Positions 37,549-45,984 of a stretch of DNA of 64,000 nt are shown in pieces; position 1 is the first letter of the stretch, and each line of letters opens with the position of its first letter. The notes under the pieces were generated by a model. That model had not been told where the DNA came from. It was given only the letters and a program-made list of their open reading frames with translations, and made no database searches. Both the position numbers and the translations under genes were made by a program. Source of the DNA: Candidatus Latescibacterota bacterium. Lineage in GTDB: Bacteria > Latescibacterota > UBA2968. The DNA lies in assembly GCA_965205975.1 (NCBI GenBank), contig OZ242195.1, forward strand, positions 4,096,001 through 4,160,000. The letters run 5' to 3'.

Positions 37549-38592
37549 TCAATCGAACAGCAGATAAGAGTCTGTTTGCGCCTGGTATAAGGGTTTCAGT
37601 TCGTGTATATACAGGCCAACGTGCTCAGAAATAATCCACAGATCATTTGGGCGATCCAGCCTGCCACTTAGAAACCGCACCGTGTAAACGTCATCATCCT
37701 GGTAATACGTAATATAGCAAGAAGATGCACCATTCGTTGCGCTCGGTGCCATTGGTAACAACATCCAGAAGTTGCCATACCAATCTACACCATAGCGTTC
37801 ACCTTTTGCACCCATCAGGCGATACAGGTTATCCCGCCCGCCAAATCCATTCATAGCCGTTTCTATAAAGTCATTTATATCGTCGTCACAGGCAACATAC
37901 TCGGGAATCTCCTGAGATGGGATGTAAAACTCACGACGCGGTTCTCTTTTAGCCTGAAGAGAAAAACCGGATAAACAAATTTCTGTTTCTTCCCAGTCTT
38001 CTTGTCCCAGTCGGTGAAAAAAATCAAGACCCATATTATTTGCGGCGTCCCTATGTTGTGTGACAGCCTTTATTTTTTTTATTGAATCGGCGTCTCTGCC
38101 ACCAACGCGAGCAAAAAAGGCTTTAATCTCCCTGTTTATAAGCGTCCGACCAAAGAACTTTTTCTCCTTATTTAACAATCGCAAAAAATTGTGCTCGCAC
38201 GTATTGGTACGGGCATAATATGCCCGACTCTTACCCCTACCTTGCAGCGCACCTTTCGGAATAATCAGAACAGCATCTTGTTCAAAACTCTCCCCAAAAG
38301 AAATGATATTCTCGGCAAACTGTTCACTGCCATGATAATTGAGAACAAAAAAAGTTCTCTCCGAAGAATCCTGCCCACCATCCCTGAATTGACCCAAAAC
38401 CGATATCGCGCGGTAACGCCTGCTCATCAGTTTGTATAACAAATTGGTGCTTCGCTGTAAGTTTTCTCTTTTGGTATATCTCTTGCCCTGCCCACAATCT
38501 CGTGCTGTGCGATATGCCGAAATGAACGCACAATCATGTTGGTTGTCGTACGTGAGAAAGCTATATAGCTCTGATTCCATAAAAAAATCCAT
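37549..38592 (-). CDS. Two-domain protein: N-terminal SAM-lyase-like domain (paralogue A) plus a C-terminal mobile-element-type domain
   Basis: CAFISAYR..ENLQRSTNLLYKL..GQFRDG..SERTFFV..FGESFEQDAVLI; GAAAGGA RBS before ATG 38592. Confidence 0.58.
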   Translation of the reverse strand: MDFFMESELYSFLTYDNQHDCAFISAYRTARDCGQGKRYTKRENLQRSTNLLYKLMSRRYRAISVLGQFRDGGQDSSERTFFVLNYHGSEQFAENIISFGESFEQDAVLIIPKGALQGRGKSRAYYARTNTCEHNFLRLLNKEKKFFGRTLINREIKAFFARVGGRDADSIKKIKAVTQHRDAANNMGLDFFHRLGQEDWEETEICLSGFSLQAKREPRREFYIPSQEIPEYVACDDDINDFIETAMNGFGGRDNLYRLMGAKGERYGVDWYGNFWMLLPMAPSATNGASSCYITYYQDDDVYTVRFLSGRLDRPNDLWIISEHVGLYIHELKPLYQAQTDSYLLFD

Positions 38593-38625
38593 GATCTGTC
38601 CTTTCATAATTGATTCCGTCCCTGA

Positions 38626-39432
38626 TTATGCCTGCTCTGGCGTCATCATCACGGCAATGTCTTCTGGCAATTTCACATCATATTTCTCCTCAAATTCCTC
38701 AACATTTTTGTAATTCTCACAAAATCTCCTGATAATATCCATACCCTTGCTCTTGACAATTGTCAGATCTGCTCTGGCGTTATACCATCTGCCCATGCGT
38801 AACCACGTTTCACCGCGGTAATAATAGGCCACAGTGTAATCCGGGTATAATTCTATGGCCTTGTTAAAATCTTCAATAGCACAGTCATACGCGCATTTAT
38901 CCCTGTAAATTTTGCCACGATAGAAATAGGGGTCGGGATTATCCGGATCCAGTTCCATAACCGCGCTGTGGTCTTCCAGAGCCAGGGCACTCTCACCTTT
39001 AAATTCGTAACAAAAACCACGCAGATAATAGTATATTTGGTCGTATGGGTTTAGTTCTATGGCTTTGGTGAAGTCCTCAATACCCTGGTCAAGGTCGCCT
39101 TCATCACTGTAAGCATTGCCGCGATTGAAATAGGCGTCAGGATCATCCGGGGCTATTTCCATGGCTTTATTGAAGTCTTCTAGAGCCAAGTCATCCTCGC
39201 CTTTATATCTATAAGTCTTGCCACGATTGTTATAGGCTTCCACATAATCCGGGTTCAGTTCTATGGCCTTATTGAAGTCCTCAATACCCCGGTCATAATC
39301 GCCTTTATCGCTGTAAACACTGCCGCGATTGTTATAGACTGTCGCATCAGTCGGGTTCAGTTCTATAACTTTGGTCAGGTCTTCAATGGCAGGGCCATTC
39401 TCGTCTCGATCAAAAATATCTAAAATATCCAT
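38626..39432 (-). CDS. Tetratricopeptide repeat protein
   Basis: About six 34-aa repeats of the AYNNRG..Y...GD.D.AIEDFNKAIELNP type; RBS before ATG 39432. Confidence 0.92.
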   Translation of the reverse strand: MDILDIFDRDENGPAIEDLTKVIELNPTDATVYNNRGSVYSDKGDYDRGIEDFNKAIELNPDYVEAYNNRGKTYRYKGEDDLALEDFNKAMEIAPDDPDAYFNRGNAYSDEGDLDQGIEDFTKAIELNPYDQIYYYLRGFCYEFKGESALALEDHSAVMELDPDNPDPYFYRGKIYRDKCAYDCAIEDFNKAIELYPDYTVAYYYRGETWLRMGRWYNARADLTIVKSKGMDIIRRFCENYKNVEEFEEKYDVKLPEDIAVMMTPEQA

Positions 39433-39452
39433 GACTTGTCCTTTCGCAATGG

Positions 39453-42260
39453 TCAGAAACCTGTCGGGTTGTTGCCGGGTTTTATGCGGCATTCCTCGGT
39501 GAGTGCCTGTGAAATTTGTTCGGGATCGTCCATGAAGCCCAGGACCTCTGCGCGCTTCCGCACGTTGGCAAAGTCCGCGGGGGTGAGTTTGGTCAGCGCG
39601 AGTGCCGAAGACGGTGCTTTGCAGTTGAAAAACAATTCAAAGGCGCGGTTAATGCGCGGTTGGTCCAAAAAGTAAAACTGGATGCGAAATAGGAAGCGGC
39701 GTGCGGATGCCTCGTCGAGGCTGTCTCCCCGGTTCGTGGTGCAGGCAAATGGGAGGGGATGCCGCTCCATCTGGCTGAGCAATTCGTTGACCATGCTCAC
39801 TTCCCAACTGCGTTGGGCAGATTGACGGTTCATCAGAAGCGAATCCACTTCGTCGAAGATCAGAAATGCGTTCTTCTCAAGTGCCGCGGCAAAAGCAGAG
39901 GCAATCTGTTCCTCGGTTCCTCCGACGAATGCGTTCAAAAGATCGGATGCCCGTTTGCATAACACATCCATCCCCATCTGCTCGGCGATGTAGTGTGCAA
40001 AAGCCGTTTTGCCCGTACCGGGAGGACCACACAAGCAGAGCGAGAACTGGCGCGTATCAAGCCCGATGATCCGCTCGACCAGTGTCGGGAGATCCTTATC
40101 TGCGTGGATAAGGGCCGGGTCGTATTGTGCAATGGGCAGCATGTCGGGAGAACGCACGCCATAGCGCAGTTTTTCTTTTTGATCGATGTTGCGCTTGATC
40201 GTCTCACTGAGTTTGTGTTTGGTCGCACAGGTGGAATGATCTCGCACGAGAACAGCCTGTTTGGTCGCTAAAGTGACCTGGCGAGGGGTCACTTTGTTTT
40301 TATGTGCCAGTTCTTCGGCCAGTTGTCTGGTCTCGCTGTCTGACATACCCGCCTGGCGCAGGATATCCGCATAAACGGTTTCTCGGCTGCGAACAGGTAT
40401 GTGGCGAAACTCAATGGCGTATAGAATGCGGTCGATGAAGAACGACTTAAACATGCGGTAGAACTCAATTGAGTTACACGTCCAGATAATGGGCACCGGG
40501 TTCGCTTCGACAATGCGGTTCAGCCAGTGTTTTTGCGGCTGGCGAAAGTCTTCCATCTCATCAAAGAGAATCGCGGCATTTGGTTCGTCTGCCAAGGCTT
40601 CGAGGGCATAATCCAATGTCTCTGTGCGGCCTGCACTCAGGCGTGCCTGTGGACCGATTTCATTTTCCCCGATGGCGTATAAACGCGCGCCGACCTCGCC
40701 GCAAAGGGTGCGCGCAAACTCGGTTTTGCCAGTGCCCGGCGGTCCGTACAGGAGGATATTGATCCCCTTCTCTTTCTTCTCTATCACTGCGGCAAGGGTA
40801 TCTCGCACAGCGTCCGCATCTTGTCCGAGGTGTGAAAATGCCGCCCACGGAACCTTTGCCTCGATGGGTGGTCCCAGGCGCGGACGGGCACTGTGTGTGG
40901 CGATGGTGCGTTCCAGCCGCTCGCAGAAGTGGTAAATATCACGCTCGCCACCACCGATGAGGCGGGTGTTTTCGATAGCTTGTGCCAGAAGACCAGGAGG
41001 ACACTCGAGTTGATCGACCAGACGCCGCGCGCATGCGACCGCATCAATGCCCTCGATATTGCTTTTTTCCAACATCTGTTGCAGAATTGCGGTTTGGCGG
41101 GTCGGGCTGTGAGCTGTGAAGGTGAGGATATAGGTGAAACGCCGCAACATGCTTTCGTCTAAGTGATCCAGACGATTGGCTGTATAGACCACGGGCACGG
41201 GAGTATTTTCCAGCAGGCGGTGGTTCATCAGGCGGGTGCCCCGGATGGAATCCAGAACGTCCTCGGCCTCGTCGCACAAGATCGCGGCATCGGGAACGGA
41301 TCGTAAGAGAACTTGAGCCAGGTGCAACTGGTTGCGGCGTCTGGTGCCAGCCTTGGCCGCGCTATCGAAAGGTTCCTGATCTTCCCGGTTCGGCTCGCCG
41401 ATGGAAAAGAGGGATGTGCCGGCCGCCTGCGATAGGGTTTTGGCAAATTCGGTTTTCCCGGTGCCTGCCCGCCCAACCAGCAGGATATTGACCCCCGGCG
41501 TAGATAGGTCTTTGTGCCGCCTTTGCACAACTGCGCGAAGCAGGCGCACGGCCTCATCCCGATCCTCGAGGTATGCGAAGTCGCTCAGGTGCAGCGTGGC
41601 TTCGCAGGGCTGACCGACCAGACGCGCCACCAATTCATCCAGATCCCGTACGGGCGGATGCCATACGCGGGAAAAATATTTATGTGTGTAGTCGGTGGGA
41701 TCAGTGCGATTAGAGCGCAGATCTTCCAGGTCAGTAATACCCGCATCGGCCAGTTCGCGGAACGCATCCTTGACTTCTTCGCACGCGCAACCCAACAAGA
41801 TCGCAGTCGCTGTGAAATGGTCATGGATATCAGAGAACTCATCCCACAGGTTTTGGGTTAGAGAATCACAGTCATAACAGCATCTCAGGGTGAGTAGGGC
41901 GTGAGCTACGGATCCTAAAGAAAAACGCTGAACAATGAGACGGGTTGCTATCTCTTCAGGGGAAGGTGCGGGCTGCTGTTGTGTTTTCTCTTTAAACGTT
42001 TTTACCGCGTAGTCGAAGAATTGGTTTTGCTCTGGCTGATCGTCTTCCCGTTTTCTCTTCCTGTCAAATATCCTGTCGTACTCCTGTAGGAGAGAAGGGT
42101 CCAGTGTTTCCAGAGGATCATTATAGTGTCCGATCCAGTCGTGTATTGCCTTTTGCACCCGTCGATCCCTCTTTACTTTGCCAAGTGCGTTCAGCATGTA
42201 GATGCGGTTCATGTACAGGCTGTATTCATTGATGTATAGACTATCTTCATTGTCAATCAT
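39453..42260 (-). CDS. AAA+ ATPase with three tandem AAA modules
   Basis: Walker A at 41451-41474, 40722-40745 and 40005-40028; Walker B ILCDE, ILFDE and LIFDE; AAAGGAG RBS before ATG 42260. Confidence 0.88.
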   Translation of the reverse strand: MIDNEDSLYINEYSLYMNRIYMLNALGKVKRDRRVQKAIHDWIGHYNDPLETLDPSLLQEYDRIFDRKRKREDDQPEQNQFFDYAVKTFKEKTQQQPAPSPEEIATRLIVQRFSLGSVAHALLTLRCCYDCDSLTQNLWDEFSDIHDHFTATAILLGCACEEVKDAFRELADAGITDLEDLRSNRTDPTDYTHKYFSRVWHPPVRDLDELVARLVGQPCEATLHLSDFAYLEDRDEAVRLLRAVVQRRHKDLSTPGVNILLVGRAGTGKTEFAKTLSQAAGTSLFSIGEPNREDQEPFDSAAKAGTRRRNQLHLAQVLLRSVPDAAILCDEAEDVLDSIRGTRLMNHRLLENTPVPVVYTANRLDHLDESMLRRFTYILTFTAHSPTRQTAILQQMLEKSNIEGIDAVACARRLVDQLECPPGLLAQAIENTRLIGGGERDIYHFCERLERTIATHSARPRLGPPIEAKVPWAAFSHLGQDADAVRDTLAAVIEKKEKGINILLYGPPGTGKTEFARTLCGEVGARLYAIGENEIGPQARLSAGRTETLDYALEALADEPNAAILFDEMEDFRQPQKHWLNRIVEANPVPIIWTCNSIEFYRMFKSFFIDRILYAIEFRHIPVRSRETVYADILRQAGMSDSETRQLAEELAHKNKVTPRQVTLATKQAVLVRDHSTCATKHKLSETIKRNIDQKEKLRYGVRSPDMLPIAQYDPALIHADKDLPTLVERIIGLDTRQFSLCLCGPPGTGKTAFAHYIAEQMGMDVLCKRASDLLNAFVGGTEEQIASAFAAALEKNAFLIFDEVDSLLMNRQSAQRSWEVSMVNELLSQMERHPLPFACTTNRGDSLDEASARRFLFRIQFYFLDQPRINRAFELFFNCKAPSSALALTKLTPADFANVRKRAEVLGFMDDPEQISQALTEECRIKPGNNPTGF

Positions 42261-42443
42261 GGGTAGAATCTCCTTTCGTGTTCTGCGCCTCATATGCCTT
42301 ATAGCGATGCGACTCCTACGACGGTATTTCATGGGCAAAACCTCCCTTCGCTCTAATTCGATTTTTCTCCTTTATCTTTTATGATCTGACCTTACGCAAT
42401 CAACCGCCCCCGCTGTGTTTTTTGTGTTACAAATGAAAATTGA

Positions 42444-42459
42444 AGCAAATACCGTGCCA
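42444..42459 (-). promoter_or_regulatory. Consensus sigma54 promoter upstream of the AAA operon
   Basis: Minus strand TGGCAC-GGTAT-TTGCT. Confidence 0.7.
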
Positions 42460-42498
42460 AAGTTTGGACAATAGCTCCCTTTGTGTTCTTATTTTTTT

Positions 42499-42540
42499 GC
42501 TTTTCTCTACTTTTCTTTGCTTTTCTCTGCTTTTCTCTGT
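42499..42540 (+). repeat. 10-bp tandem repeat (consensus GCTTTTCTCT, about 4 units)
   Basis: gcttttctct acttttcttt gcttttctct gcttttctct, in the intergenic region. Confidence 0.65.
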
Positions 42541-42596
42541 ATCCTCTATGGTTTGTGTGGTTGCTTTTTATTTTTAATTCCCAACCGGAGACCCCA

Positions 42597-44000
42597 ATGC
42601 CCAACCCCAACATCGTCTATATCTTCTTCGACGACCTCGGTTACGGAGACATCCGCTACCTCAATCCCGAATCCAAAATCCAAACCCCGAATATCGACCG
42701 CCTGTCCGCTGAAGGCATGTGCTTCACCGATGTCCACTCGTGCTCCGCCGTGTGCTCCCCCTCGCGCTACGGCGTCTTAACCGGACGCTATTGCTGGCGC
42801 ACCCGATTGCAAAACGGCGTCCTCAACGGATACTCAGAACCCCTCATCGAACCCGACCGCCTGACCGTCGCATCCCTGCTCAAACAACACGGATATCACA
42901 CCGCTTGCATCGGCAAATGGCATGTGGGATTAAACTGGACGCGCAAAAAAGGCGTCCAGAACCTCGAAAATTACAGACTGGGATGGGATCGAGGCGAAGC
43001 CATAGACTTCACCCAACCATTTACCGACGGACCGTGCGACCTCGGATTCGACTACTTTTACGGCATCTCCGCATCCCTGGACATGCCGCCTTATGTCTAT
43101 CTCGAAAACAACCGCACAATCTGTGAACCAACAGCCCGTGCTCCCAAGGGCCTCTTTGGACGCGAGGGACACGCTGCGCCGGGCCTCAAACCCGAACACG
43201 TCATCCCGGACCTCACAAAAAAAGCGGTCTCCTTCATCGAAGAAACTGCAACAGACAAACACCCCTTTTTCCTCTACTATCCCGTAACCGGACCGCACAC
43301 ACCCATCGCGCCAAACAAAGCATTCACAGACAAAAGCCAGGCCGGCAAATACGGCGACTTCGTCGTCGAATGCGACTGGGCAGTGGGGCAAATCATGGAC
43401 GCTGTTGAAAAAGCCGGCGCCACCGATAACACCCTCTTTATCGTCACCAGCGACAACGGACCCGAACGCTTTATGCACGCGCGAAAACAAGAATACAATC
43501 ACTACAGTGCCTATCACTTCCGCGGCTGCAAACGCGACAACTGGGAAGGCGGGCATCGCATCCCCTTTATCGCCCGCTGGCCCGAAAAAGTCGCCGCCGG
43601 ATCCTTCAGCGACGAAATCGTATGTCTCACAGACCTCATCGCAACAGCCGCCGACATTGTCGGCCATACCCTTCCCGAAAATACCGGCGAAGACAGTTGC
43701 AGCATCTTACCCATCCTGACGAGCCAGAACGCGACATCCATCCGCGAAGCCACCGTGCATCACTCATCCAAAGGCGAATTTGCCATCCGCCAGGGCAAAT
43801 GGAAATTGCTCCTCCACCAAAGCTCCGGCGGCAATGATTATCCCGACGACCCAATAGATGATGCTCCCGGCCAACTCTACGACCTGGAAACCGGCTACCG
43901 AGAACGCGAAAACCTCTACGCGCAACACCCCGAAATCGTATCCCGATTGACCGACCTGCTCAACCAGTACAAAACGAGGGGACGCAGTGTCCCCGCATAA
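42597..44000 (+). CDS. Formylglycine-dependent sulfatase (arylsulfatase-like)
   Basis: DDLGYGD, CSPSRYGVLTG, GKWH and TSDNG motifs; GGAG RBS. Confidence 0.93.
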   Translation: MPNPNIVYIFFDDLGYGDIRYLNPESKIQTPNIDRLSAEGMCFTDVHSCSAVCSPSRYGVLTGRYCWRTRLQNGVLNGYSEPLIEPDRLTVASLLKQHGYHTACIGKWHVGLNWTRKKGVQNLENYRLGWDRGEAIDFTQPFTDGPCDLGFDYFYGISASLDMPPYVYLENNRTICEPTARAPKGLFGREGHAAPGLKPEHVIPDLTKKAVSFIEETATDKHPFFLYYPVTGPHTPIAPNKAFTDKSQAGKYGDFVVECDWAVGQIMDAVEKAGATDNTLFIVTSDNGPERFMHARKQEYNHYSAYHFRGCKRDNWEGGHRIPFIARWPEKVAAGSFSDEIVCLTDLIATAADIVGHTLPENTGEDSCSILPILTSQNATSIREATVHHSSKGEFAIRQGKWKLLLHQSSGGNDYPDDPIDDAPGQLYDLETGYRERENLYAQHPEIVSRLTDLLNQYKTRGRSVPA

Positions 44001-44014
44001 ACCCGGAGGAAGCG

Positions 44015-45670
44015 ATGAACGCTTCGGATCTATTTGTCAAAGCACTGGAAAATGAAGGCGTGGAATATATCTACGGCGTGCCGGGAGAAGAAAACCTCGC
44101 CTTTTTGGAAGCCCTTCGCAAATCGAGCATCAAACTCATCCTGACCCGCCACGAACAGGGAGCCGCGTTTATGGCTGCGACTTACGGACGGCTCACGGGC
44201 AAAGCCGGCGTCTGCCTTGCCACACTCGGTCCCGGCGCGACCAACTTTGTGACAGGTGCGGCCTATGCCCAACTGGGCGGCATGCCCCTGCTCATGATCA
44301 CGGGCCAAAAACCCATCAAAAAGAGCAAACAGGGCCAATTTCAGATCATCGACGTTGTAAGCATGATGGAACCCCTCACAAAATACACCCGACAAATCGT
44401 CAACGTAGATATGATCCCCTCCATGGTGCGGGAGGCGTTTCGCCTCGCACAAGAAGAGCGCCCCGGCGCCGTACACCTGGAATTGCCGGAAGATGTCGCC
44501 GAAGAACCCGTTGACGAACACACCACGCCGGTCTTTAACATCAGCACATGCAGGCGCGGCGACGCCAATGAACGCGCCATTGACGACGCGGTAAAAATGA
44601 TCAAAGAAGCCACGCGCCCCTTGCTCCTCCTGGGCGCGGGCACCAACCGCAAACGCATCTGGGAATCCGTGGCGCATTTCCTCGACAAAACCGGCATCCC
44701 CTTTTTCAATACCCAACTGGGCAAAGGCGTCGTTGGCGGCCTCCATCCCCTATTTCTGGGCACCGCAGCACTCTCCGATGGCGACTATCTCCACTGTGCC
44801 ATTGAACGCGCCGATCTGATCATAAACGTCGGACACGATGTCGTGGAAAAACCGCCATTTTTCATGTCACACGACGAAGGGGCAACCCGGGTCATCCACA
44901 TCAACTTCCAATCCGCCGTGGTAGATAATGTCTATTTTCCACAACTGGAAGTAGTAGGCGACATTGCAAATACCATCCGGCGCCTCGCCGACAAAACTGG
45001 CAAAACAGCCTCGCACGATTTCGACTATTACATGCGAATCCGCGACCAAATACAGGAACACATTCGTCTGGGAGAAAACGACAACAGCTTCCCGGTAAAA
45101 CCACAGCGCCTCGTCTGGGACGTCCGCAAAGTCCTGCCCGAAGACGGCATTATTGCGCTGGACAACGGCGTGTACAAAATCTGGTTTGCACGCAACTACC
45201 CAACCACACAACCCAATACCGTATTGCTGGACAACGCCCTTGCCACCATGGGCGCGGGCCTGCCCTCGGCAATGGAAGCCGCGCGGTTTTATCCCAACCG
45301 GCGGGTCATGGCGATTTGCGGCGACGGTGGTTTTATGATGAACAGCCAGGAATTGGAAACAGCCGTAAGACTCAACCTCAATCTCGTCGTCCTGATCTTA
45401 CGAGACAATGCCTACGGCATGATCCGCTGGAAACAATACGGGATGGGGCTTCCCGATTTTGGACTGGAATTTGACAACCCGGATTTTGTCATGTACGCCA
45501 ACAGTTATGGCGCGCATGGACACCGCGTGAAATCCACAGAAATGACCGTACCCCTGCTGGAAAAATGTTATACCAAAGGCGGCGTACACCTCGTCGAAAT
45601 ACCCGTGGATTACTCTGAAAATCAGAAAGTGCTCGTTGATGAACTACAAGCAAAGACTTGTTTATTATAA
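44015..45670 (+). CDS. Acetolactate synthase large subunit-like ThDP enzyme
   Basis: YGVPGEEN, RHEQGAAFMA and GDGGFMMNSQELETA motifs. Confidence 0.92.
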   Translation: MNASDLFVKALENEGVEYIYGVPGEENLAFLEALRKSSIKLILTRHEQGAAFMAATYGRLTGKAGVCLATLGPGATNFVTGAAYAQLGGMPLLMITGQKPIKKSKQGQFQIIDVVSMMEPLTKYTRQIVNVDMIPSMVREAFRLAQEERPGAVHLELPEDVAEEPVDEHTTPVFNISTCRRGDANERAIDDAVKMIKEATRPLLLLGAGTNRKRIWESVAHFLDKTGIPFFNTQLGKGVVGGLHPLFLGTAALSDGDYLHCAIERADLIINVGHDVVEKPPFFMSHDEGATRVIHINFQSAVVDNVYFPQLEVVGDIANTIRRLADKTGKTASHDFDYYMRIRDQIQEHIRLGENDNSFPVKPQRLVWDVRKVLPEDGIIALDNGVYKIWFARNYPTTQPNTVLLDNALATMGAGLPSAMEAARFYPNRRVMAICGDGGFMMNSQELETAVRLNLNLVVLILRDNAYGMIRWKQYGMGLPDFGLEFDNPDFVMYANSYGAHGHRVKSTEMTVPLLEKCYTKGGVHLVEIPVDYSENQKVLVDELQAKTCLL

Positions 45671-45946
45671 CGTTATTGCTCCTTGATCATTTTTTTAACA
45701 ATATTAGTCAACAAATCTGTTGACTAATATTTATTAGCTGACTTAAAATATAACTTCAAATTTATAAAAAACTCGCAGTTGACTCTTCCCCTGCCCCTTG
45801 CCATAGGCGAAGGTGCAATAGGCTTGTTGAATGAGCCTCAAGAACAACTCATTGAACTGCAAACAAAGACTTGTTTATTATGACGTTATTGCTTCCCTAT
45901 CGTTTTTTTAAAAATATTTGTCAACAAATCTGTTGATAAATATTTG
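45640..45946 (+). repeat. Direct duplication (~95 bp) of the ALS 3' end plus a 32-bp palindrome
   Basis: 45640-45732 matches 45853-45946; palindrome AATATTAGTCAACA-AATC-TGTTGACTAATATT. Confidence 0.85.
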
Positions 45947-45984
45947 CCAACAGTGCAATAAATAACTTGCACCGCTGGCATGTC

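Noticed and set aside
36740..37560. Autonomous IS element
   Set aside because: The enclosed ORF has no transposase motifs and no target-site duplication is visible; kept only as a possible invertible or non-autonomous cassette.
34635..42460. Prophage
   Set aside because: No structural, terminase, integrase or lysis genes.
42483..42596. Hydrophobic signal/TM extension on the sulfatase
   Set aside because: It is the translation of a T-rich tandem repeat; the RBS supports ATG 42597.
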